A stretch of 64,000 bases of DNA from Octopus sinensis (Eukaryota), in NCBI RefSeq assembly GCF_006345805.1, contig NW_021833292.1, positions 1-64,000 of the forward strand. Reading direction: 5' to 3'. Both the position numbers and the translations under genes were made by a program. Positions 53,330 to 64,000 of this stretch are shown piece by piece (position 1 is the stretch's first letter; every line of letters starts with the position of its first letter). The notes beneath the pieces were generated by a model. It did no database searches. It saw nothing but the letters and a program-made list of their open reading frames with translations, and was not told the DNA's origin.

Positions 53330-53480
53330 GATGGGCTTCTTTCAGTTTCCGTCTACCAAATCCACTCACAAGGCATTGGTCGGCCTGATGCTAGAGTAAA
53401 AAACACTTGCCCAAGGTGCCACGCAGTGGAACTGAACCTGGAACCATGTGCTTCGTAAGCAAGCTACTTACCACACAGCT
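53077..53480 (-). mobile_element. SINE family A nested in the duplicated segment
   Basis: Full family A copy absent from the 50810-51235 paralog. Confidence 0.85.
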
Positions 53481-54238
53481 GATCCTACGCGTATTTATTT
53501 TTTTTAAATTTTGGTACATAATCTGTTTTCTGTTTCGCCAAAATGTTATATTAAAGGGAATTAAACGAACACCGGTTGTCAAGCGATGGTGGGAACAAAC
53601 AGAAGCAGAAACATCTACTCGCGCACAGAGACACTCAAACACTCACGCATAATCCCCACCACCACCACCACTACCACCACCACCACACACAAATTCTTTC
53701 TCGCAACCACTGCGATTTTCATCCCAAGAAGATAATTTGAGTGAGTTTCTTCTCTACTTTATTCAATCGATCAATTATCAGAATGAGCAATAAATGCGAT
53801 CAAAGCAGCAAGGGGCTTTGATTGCCAAACCTTACCGAAAACACGTTGCAAACTGTACAAAAATGTATGTATATCTATTATCTTTGTCTTTTGATATGCA
53901 TGTGTTTTTGTGTGTGTGTGTGTACGAGACAGAGATAACGTGAAAATATGTGAGAGTGATAAATGGTTACTTCAGGACCAGACTGCCAAAATTACTCAGT
54001 TGCCATAGCTATTCATTCTGTAGCTCGAAAGAAGAAATTACGCAGTCTTGGCTAGGCATGTGTTGCTGTAAGAGGAAAGCCCCTCAATGTGCAGCATAAG
54101 TTGATAAGCTTACAGAACTGCAAGGCTACTTTTAACAGCAGCAGAAAATGCAGATTATATAAAGCCTAGAAAAGAACCATATTAAAACAGTTCAGCACGC
54201 AGATAAACCGCAGAATGATATTTTCATTCCTTGCTTAC

Positions 54239-54335
54239 ATGAAAGAAGTTATATTTTATAATGCCTTCGGGCCTCATCATGAATATAAAAACTAGTTCTT
54301 CACCTTCGGCTCTTTCATCAACATATCGTGAGAAT
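54239..54335 (-). CDS. Best candidate internal exon (unknown protein)
   Basis: ggattctttgtatttgtttcag|A...TTTCAT|gtaagc. 97 nt, open frame FSRYVDERAEGEELVFIFMMRPEGIIKYNFFH, non-repetitive. Confidence 0.4.
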
Positions 54336-55181
54336 CTGAAACAAATACAAAGAATCCCCAAAACATATATGAGCCCTCAAACGGGGTGAAATCTTTGGGT
54401 AATCACCCAGCAACTCCATGCCCAAATAAAAGACCTACACATATAAAAACCCTACACATTTTACAACGGTAGTTGAATAACGATCTCGGACCCTTCATAC
54501 ATTCTCAGAAAACTCTTGTAGCTTTCATATTATAACGTGACATTTAGAGCTAACGCACATGACCCCAAATGTGTCACGTGCTCAGATTCATTTTTTCCCC
54601 CTACAAACCGGATGTGAGATTTCATCGAGAATAACAGAGAAAAGTTGCTATATTACGTTCCATACCAACCGGCTCTGACGAGCTTGCATTGTTATTAAAG
54701 CGTGCAGTTATGTATTAACCTGTTTTAACACTATCTTTGTGAACCCGATTACTAAGATCGGCATGCGGTCGATAAAGCTATGTATTTGAATTATACATAC
54801 ATACACACAAACACACACACAGACATACTGACACACACACGCACATATAATGAAACAATGCACACGTGTATGTGTTTATATGTGTGCGTGTATTTATAGG
54901 TTCTGCCAGGCAGTTGAAAATCAAACGGAACAGAAGGTCATCACAGTTGATCGCATATTCAGCAAGATATATCACAAAGAGAGATTATTTATCAAAGCGT
55001 TCCGTGTCTGAATAACTAGGACACAACTGTGGAACTTAAAGGCTGCTAGACACAGGCCATAATACGTTTCATGCAGTTTCTCTACGGTTTTCTTGATATC
55101 AAAGGCAATCTGAGTAACACGTACGACTTACAGCGAAAGAAAATAGGAAGTATTACACACACATACAAATTCACACACACA

Positions 55182-55252
<71 letters not shown>

Positions 55253-55397
55253 TCACAGTGTGTCCCCCAAAAGCAGGAGTCTCATGTCAAAGGAGCCGCA
55301 AAGTGGGATTGAGCGTAAACCCACTGAGTTGCAAAAGTGAATTTCTTTGTCACTCTTGGGTCAATGTATGTATATATGTATATGTGTGTATATATGC

Positions 55398-55436
<39 letters not shown>

Positions 55437-55536
55437 TACATTTAGCATGAGTTTTTGTATAATGTCAGTATATACATATATGTATAATTTATTCACCAAT
55501 GCGGTGCTGAGCACTCATTTCATCGTCCTACATTTA

Positions 55537-55617
<81 letters not shown>

Positions 55618-55837
55618 GTCTGTCTGTATATATATATATATATATATACACACATGTACGTATAGTAAGTTTGCGGAAGTATATATGAGCATGTGTAAAG
55701 CTATATACATATACACTATACACATACACGCACATAGATGCACTCCCTATATACACATACACAAACACACGCATATGAATTTATGTAGATGTATACGTAC
55801 GTGTATGTAATTAATTTTTGTATGCGTGCAAAAGAAC

Positions 55838-55875
<38 letters not shown>

Positions 55876-56087
55876 GGGGGAGATGAATGTTGAAATTTGA
55901 AAGGGGAGGTAAGTTTTCTAAGAATGGAAAAGGGAACTGTTCAAATAGAAAAGGTGTAAGGGCAAAAAATTTATATTAGAAAAGATGAAAGGTAAAATTG
56001 AAAGCTATTTGATCGTCAACTTGTCTATGTTGATGCTCCAGGACCAATTCCTACCGTTGATGTCGTTGTTGCAGACATTATTGTATT

Positions 56088-57195
<1,108 letters not shown>

Positions 57196-57921
57196 TATTG
57201 CCTCTGAACGATGTCCGAAGTATGTTTTCCATCGCTTCCGAAATATATAGCTTCTAGGAAAGGAAATAACGTCACAATACGTGTATATATGTGCGTGTGT
57301 TGCGTATGTGTTTGTGTGTGAATGGATGCGTTTGTGTGTACGTATAGGTGTATGTTTTTCTATACATATATGTATATATATATACATATATATATACTTA
57401 TATATATATCGATATATTTGTATGTATGTATGTATGTATGCATGTATGTATGTATGTATGTATGTATGTATGTATGTATGTGCGTTTTCGTGTGTTCGAG
57501 TATCTGTGTTCCTGTGTGTCTAACTTGCCATAGAATTACAGAGATAGAAAGGAAAATAACGGTTTGTTGTTGAGTTGGGCCACTAGCCATTTTTATTCGG
57601 ACAGGCAGAAAATAAAGATAGATTATTTTTTAAACTCTGCTGAGATGGTACTTCTCTCCAGTAATATATCAGCAATAACGATTTCTTTTTTGTTTACCAC
57701 AAGGGCTCAGAGGCAACCAGGGTAATACATATATATCATTTATAATATGATTCAATGTAGGAGTAGTTATTCAAAACCTGACACGGATTCGATAAATTTA
57801 GGAAAGGAATTACCTGCCTGTGTTGGGTAAAAAATATATAAAATCTTACATGAACGTCGTTCAAGTCCATAGTATATGTACGAGAAGTATCAGTAAACGC
57901 TGTATAATAAAATAAATAAAT

Positions 57922-58167
57922 GCACTCTTTTAAAGCCTAGCCAAGCTCATGGACCCGGTTTCCCGGTTTCTATGGCGTATGTGTTCCCCATCTGGACGGG
58001 ACGCTGGTCCATAGCAGCGTTACTCATTTTTGCCAGCTGAGTGGACTGGAGCAACGTGAAATGAAGTGTTTTGCTCAAGAACACAACGCGTCGCCCGGTC
58101 CAGGAATCGAAACCACAATCTTACGATCATGATGCTGACACCCTAACCACTAAGCCACGCGCTCCAC
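57922..58167 (-). mobile_element. SINE family D
   Basis: Homologous to 36850-37103; TSD-like CGCTGTATAAT / CGTTGTATAAT flanks. Confidence 0.8.
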
Positions 58168-58424
58168 AAGCGTTGTATAATCAGTTGTAATAATGATTCG
58201 AAAACAGCAGCAACATCAACGAAGAAGATTCTATGCAGGTAATGTGCCTTCTAGAAAAAGCGACGAAATATCCATTAAATCACATAATTCCGTCTTAAAA
58301 CTAGAAAGATACATTGGATAATGCAACTATGGGTATTCCGATGGAGACGGGATGGTTACGGTCGGCTTGGATGTCTTCTGACGAGTTAGCGATGGTCTAG
58401 AGTGAACAATATCATTTATCAATA

Positions 58425-58484
58425 GTAAGGCCATCACCTCAACTACCATCACTAACACCAACAGCATCAACAACAATATCAATC

Positions 58485-58522
<38 letters not shown>

Positions 58523-59215
58523 GCTACTACTACTACTACTACTACCACTGCTACTGCTACTGCTGCTGCTACCATTCCTAATCCTCCTCCTCCTCCTCCT
58601 ACTACTACTACTGATACTACTACCACCTTCTTCCTCCCCTCCTCCTCCTCCTACTACTACAAACCTTCCTCCTCTCCTCTCTCTCCTCCTGCTACTACTA
58701 GTACTACTACTGCTACTGCTGTTGCTGCTGCTGCATCTACTCCTACTATCACCCTTCCTCCTCCTCCTGGTGGTGCTGCTGCTGCTTGCTACAACTACTA
58801 CTACTGCTGCTACTACTACTACTGCTGCTGATGCTACTACTACTACTAGTACTACTACTACTACTACTATACTACTACTACTACTGCTACTACTACTGCT
58901 ACTTGTGTGATCAGCGTCAGCATGCTCACCAGTAGTACCACTGATATCAATGCCATCATCGTCATGCTGTCGACCACTAAGTCTACCCTCAGCACCCATC
59001 ATTACAATGACCATCAATCTATTCAGCGCCACCACTTACACCGTCACCACAGCTAACATCAATATCACAACTACTACAACTAACATCAGCGTTGCAGCCA
59101 CAGAGCAACCGTCACCTCCAACACCACAACCATCACCACTACAACAACTACTACCACCACCACCACAACCACCACGAATATCCTCCCGACAATCACGACC
59201 ACGCCAGCAACAAAA
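58425..59215. repeat. Compound (CTA)/(CCT)/(CTG)/(ACC) trinucleotide region
   Basis: Directly visible. Confidence 0.9.
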
Positions 59216-59222
59216 CCACTAC

Positions 59223-59682
59223 CTATTTCTTTAGTACCCACACGGGGCTAAACACAGAGAGGACAAACAAGGACAGACAAACGGATTAAGTCGATTAAGT
59301 CGATTACATCGACCCCAGTGCGTAACTGGTACTTAATTTATCGACCCCGAAAGGATGAAAGGCAAAGTCGACCTCGGCGGAATTTGAACTCACGACGTAA
59401 CGGCAGCCGAAATACCGCTAATCATTTTGTCCAGTGTGCTAACGTTTCTTATTTCTTTACTGCCCTCAAGGGGCTACACACAGAGGAGACAAGCAAGGAC
59501 AGACAGACGGATTAAGTCGATTATATCGACCCCAGTGCGTAACTGGTACTTAATTTATCGACCCCGAAAAGATGAAAGGCAAAGTCGACCTCGGCGGAAT
59601 TTGAACTCACGACGTAACGGCAGCCGAAATACCGCTAAGCATTTCGCCCGGCGTGCTAACGTTTCTGCCAGCTCGCCGCCTT
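59223..59682 (-). mobile_element. Two SINE family B copies in direct tandem (59223-59449 lacks the head end; 59450-59682 is complete)
   Basis: Two near-identical collinear copies. Confidence 0.9.
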
Positions 59683-60056
59683 AAAACCACTACCATCCCG
59701 TCAATGACACCCACAGTAGCACCACCAACACTTTAACTACCAGCATCACCACCACCACCTACACCACCACGACCACGACCACCACCACCACCACCACCAC
59801 CACCACTATTACCACAACCACCACCATTACCACAACCACGACGACGACGACGACGACGACCACCACCATTACCCACACCCACACCCCCACCACCACCTCA
59901 CTGCCGCCGCCACCGCCAGAGTCACACGTCCAACATTAATCTGGCAATTTGCCTATCTACAACCATGCAATGCCAGGCAATAGAATATATATGCATGCAT
60001 GTGTGTATATACATACATACATTCATATATATATGTATATATATATGTCTATATAA

Positions 60057-60139
<83 letters not shown>

Positions 60140-60946
60140 CATATACATGCATGCGTAGACATAGCAGAAATGAACAAACCAAAGATGTTATTATATGGAA
60201 GTATTTGCAATGCTTAGAATATGTTGTAGCTTTGGGACATAAACCAGCATTCAGTAGAAATATGAAATATCTTGGAAGTACTCCAAACTCTGCATCATGC
60301 TGTATTACAAACTGTGCTATATTCTAACATTAGCAACAATACACCGTATTACACGACTTCATTTCATTAAAAAAGCCTTTACATCAGCTCAAGGCCTCAA
60401 TGCTTTAATGCATCGATGCTTCAATGCTTTCAGCTCTTTCTGTTCCATTAAACTATTTACAATAAAAAAAAAACAAAATAGAAAAAAATGAAAAACAATA
60501 GCAGCAACGCCCACGGCAATCACCAGCGTGGCTAGTGTTTGGACGATAGGGAAAAACAATGTAAAGCCTCCTTCCAAACACCTCATTCATATTCCTTTAT
60601 CCGTTGACAATAAATTCTGCCTTAAATCTTATATATTTACGTTACCTTTCCGCGACTAACTAATTATTCGAAATGCGTTGTTTATATAATATTGATACTT
60701 GTTAAAACCATGGCAAGACTCTTAGAGTTCTTATAATTGCATTCATTATTCATAACAGTCAATCACATATGTCTGATCGAGGACTGGGATTTTTTGAGGA
60801 TTTTTACATCCAAAATAAATAAATAAATATTTACGCATGAATAAGCTAAAATATACCCATACCACCATGTAGTAGATACTAACAGGAAATATGACTTCTG
60901 GGCAAAGAAACAAAAATCACTTGATTATGCAGACAAGATGTACAGG

Positions 60947-61050
60947 TACTCCGCCGTTTACGACGACGAGTGTTTCAGGTGATTCGATCAACGGAATAGC
61001 TTGCACATGAAATTAATGTGAAAGTGGCTGAGCACTCCACAGACAGCTAC

Positions 61051-61109
<59 letters not shown>

Positions 61110-61355
61110 AAGTAGTAGTAGTAGTAATATTGATAAATGATATTGTTCACTTACATTGTTTCCAGGGAGATTCAGCGTGACACAGAATGTGATAAAGCTA
61201 ACCCATTGAAATTCAGGTACTACTGATTTTGGCTCGCTAAATGTACTAGAATAAAGTGACATAAATGACTTGCTTAAGGACACAACGCGCTGCTGGCTAT
61301 CGAACTCACGACCTTACGATTGTGAGCCGAATGCCTACACCACTAATCCACGCGC
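60947..61355 (-). mobile_element. SINE family E (diverged) with an (AGT)n expansion at 61050-61127
   Basis: Homologous to 40812-41191. Confidence 0.75.
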
Positions 61356-61519
61356 CGAAATAAACCAGCAACGTACACTTCTTCAGAAATTGCTTCTTGT
61401 TGGTCATTTTTAGAAAGATTAGATAACCGTCAACTCATTTAAAGATTTGTCCTATTGGACATGCTCCGTTTTACGATTGTGATATGTATAAATCCTTAAA
61501 ATCCTTAAAAATGTTTTTG

Positions 61520-61762
61520 TCCGAAGGCCGCGGCCATGCTGGGGCACCACCGCTGTATATTTACTCTTTTATTCTTTTACTTGTTTCGGTCATTTGACTG
61601 GGGCCATGCTGGAGCACTGCCTTTAGTCGAGCAAATCGACCCCATTACTTATACTTTGTAAGCCTAGTACTTATTCTATCGGTCTGTTTTGCCGAACCGC
61701 TAAGTTACGGGGATGCAAACACACCAGCATCGGTTGTCAATCGATGTTGCGGGGACAAACAG

Positions 61763-61811
<49 letters not shown>

Positions 61812-61822
61812 AACACACACAC

Positions 61823-61901
<79 letters not shown>

Positions 61902-62057
61902 ATTATATATATATATATATAAAACGAGCTTCTTTCAGTTTCCGTCTACCAATCCACCCATGACGCTTTGGTCGGCCTGAGGCTCTAGTAGAAGACACTT
62001 GCGCAAGGTGCAACACTGTGGGAATGAATCTTGAACCATGTGGTTGGTAAGCAAGCT
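61520..62057 (-). mobile_element. SINE family A with an expanded central microsatellite
   Basis: Tail, core and head match the family. Confidence 0.8.
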
Positions 62058-62432
62058 AAAAAAATTACCCCGAATGTCAAGGCGGCTGAAGTGGAACATG
62101 GACACTGACAAATAAATCATCAAGCGGGTTGATATGACTGCTGCATAAGGTTGCTAAGAATGGCCAACAAGTTTGAAATGGTAGCAACATATGACAAAGG
62201 AATGCCTTTATGGAAGCCTACCGACAGTTAGAAAGAAAATCAGGCAAAGATGGCTGCGACTGTCAGGTCAATGTGTGCATGAACCTGAACCGGAAGCATC
62301 TAAATTAGTCATGTGGAACCCACTTTATGGTGATGTAGCAAGAGAAAAACATCGTCGTTTTTCTCTTAAATAAATATATTGTTATATTATATATATAATA
62401 TATATATATATATATTGTAATATATTTATTGT

Positions 62433-62463
<31 letters not shown>

Positions 62464-63765
62464 ATATATATATATATTGTAATATATTTATTGTTATATA
62501 TATATATATATATATATTGTAAATAAATATATTATTAAATAAATAAATATATTGTTATATATATATTGTAAATAAATATTTTGTTAAATATTTTCTCTTT
62601 AAATAACCAATAAAAAATTGCGTCTTATTGGTTATTTTCCGAAAGATGACATAACCGTCGGAGCATCTGCAGTATTGCCATATTGGACTTGCCCCATTTT
62701 ACAAATATGATGTATATATTTGGTAAAAATTACCTCGAATGTTGATGAAGCTGAAGTGGAATATGAACACTAACAGAGAAATTATCAAACAAGTTAAGTG
62801 ACTGCTGCACAAGGATGCTATGAATGGCCCTAATTGTGAAGTGGTAGCAATATATGACAAAGGAATATCTTTATGGAAACCTGCCGAAAGTTAGCAAGAA
62901 AATCAGGCAAAGATGGCTGCGACTGTCAGCTCAAAATGTGCGTCACCCTGAACATAAAGCACCAAAATTAGTCATGTGGAACCCACTTTATGGTGATGTA
63001 ACAAGCAAAAACGTCGTCGCTACTTCAGAAATTGCTTCTTATTGGTTATTTTCAGAAAGAGGACATAACCGTCGGCTCATCTGAAGTTTTGTCCTATTGG
63101 ACATGCTCCAGTTTACGAATATGGTGTATATATTTGGTAAAAATTACCCCGAATGTTGATGAAGCTCAAGTGGAATATGAACACTGACAAACAAATTATC
63201 AAACAAGTTAAGTGGCTGCTGTTGTAGTTGTTAAGCAACAAGACGGGTAAGAGTGATTAGGTGATAGTCTTGGGCTTAGGGGTGGGAGACCCCAGACCTT
63301 GGAAAAAAAAATTTGGCCGTCTTGTTGTACTCGAGGGCTCTTTGTTGACGACCGACACCACTGGGAGGTGGCCCTTGATGTCGCTGGAAATGGAGATCTC
63401 CATGTCCAAATTCTTGAACGGCTTACGTAGATGCTGCACAAGGATGCTACGAATGGTCCTAATTGTGAAAAGTCATACCTTTATGGAAACCTGCCGAAAG
63501 TTAGCAAGAAAATCAGGCAAAGATGGCTGCGACTGTCAGGTCAAAGTGTGCGTCACCCTGAACCGGAAGCACCCGAATTAGTCTTTTGGAACCCACTTCA
63601 TGGGGATGTAAGAAGAGAAAAGCTTCATCTTTCTCACATAAAAAAATTGATCGCTGACACTGGTGCAGAATGTATCCAGGACCTTGAGGCAGTGATGATG
63701 AACCGAAAAGTGTGGCAGATTCGAGTTGTTACCACAGCCGGGATTGGAACCCGGTCGCAATAAAA
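62058..63765 (+). pseudogene. Three tandem decayed copies of an RTE-clade LINE ORF2 C-terminal segment
   Basis: TWTLT...CCTRMLRM...LYGNLPKVSKKIRQRWLRLSGQSVRHPEPEAPELVFWNPLHG recurs at about 62.1, 62.75 and 63.43 kb. Confidence 0.85.
63222..63431 (-). mobile_element. 5'-truncated retroposon with a (CAA)-type tail and TGCTG TSD
   Basis: TGCTG at 63217-63221 and 63432-63436; homolog at 40160-40290. Confidence 0.75.
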
Positions 63766-64000
63766 TAATAATCGACCATACTTTAAATACTGGTTCCCAT
63801 GGGACATCATTAAATCGTAAGGACCCACTCCAACGACCCCCCCCCCCAAAAAAAAAAGAAAAAACAAACCCTTGTCGTGCTTTTTGATCGGCTGAAATAC
63901 TTGTTTCAAAGAATGTTTCCGATAAAGTGAGTACGTGATTGCTACTTTCGTTAAATGTTAAATATTTTCACTACGCTGAAGCCAACTAATTGAGCGCAGA

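Noticed and set aside
57851-57900. Strong-looking minus-strand exon (FTDTSRTYTMDLNDVH)
   Set aside because: Its acceptor is supplied by the adjacent SINE D tail, which shows how easily spurious exons arise here.

Overview
AT-rich, non-coding eukaryotic DNA, most likely from an octopus genome. That assignment is inferred from the tRNA-derived SINE families, which I recognise as octopus-type, and from the very high microsatellite density. No complete protein-coding gene can be supported. Almost every ORF in the supplied track is a translated microsatellite or SINE. Recognisable coding remnants all come from transposons: an internally deleted mariner (32.3-33.1 kb), a mariner-derived MITE (2.3-2.5 kb), a Penelope GIY-YIG fragment (31 kb), an R4/Dong-type restriction-like endonuclease fragment (21.4-21.9 kb) and RTE LINE C-termini (45.2-45.5 kb, plus a tandem array at 61.4-63.8 kb). 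There are also non-autonomous Helitrons and about 25 SINE copies in five families. The most interesting unannotated signal is a set of short elements carrying type I hammerhead-ribozyme (HHR) motifs in at least four sequence families. They lie next to or inside (TA)n or (ATT)n tracts and are often in inverted configurations, including a perfect 136-bp palindrome made of two back-to-back hammerheads at 39513-39648. A few minus-strand exon candidates hint at a host gene with large introns, but this is weak. All analysis was by eye and SINE boundaries are approximate (+/- about 10 bp).
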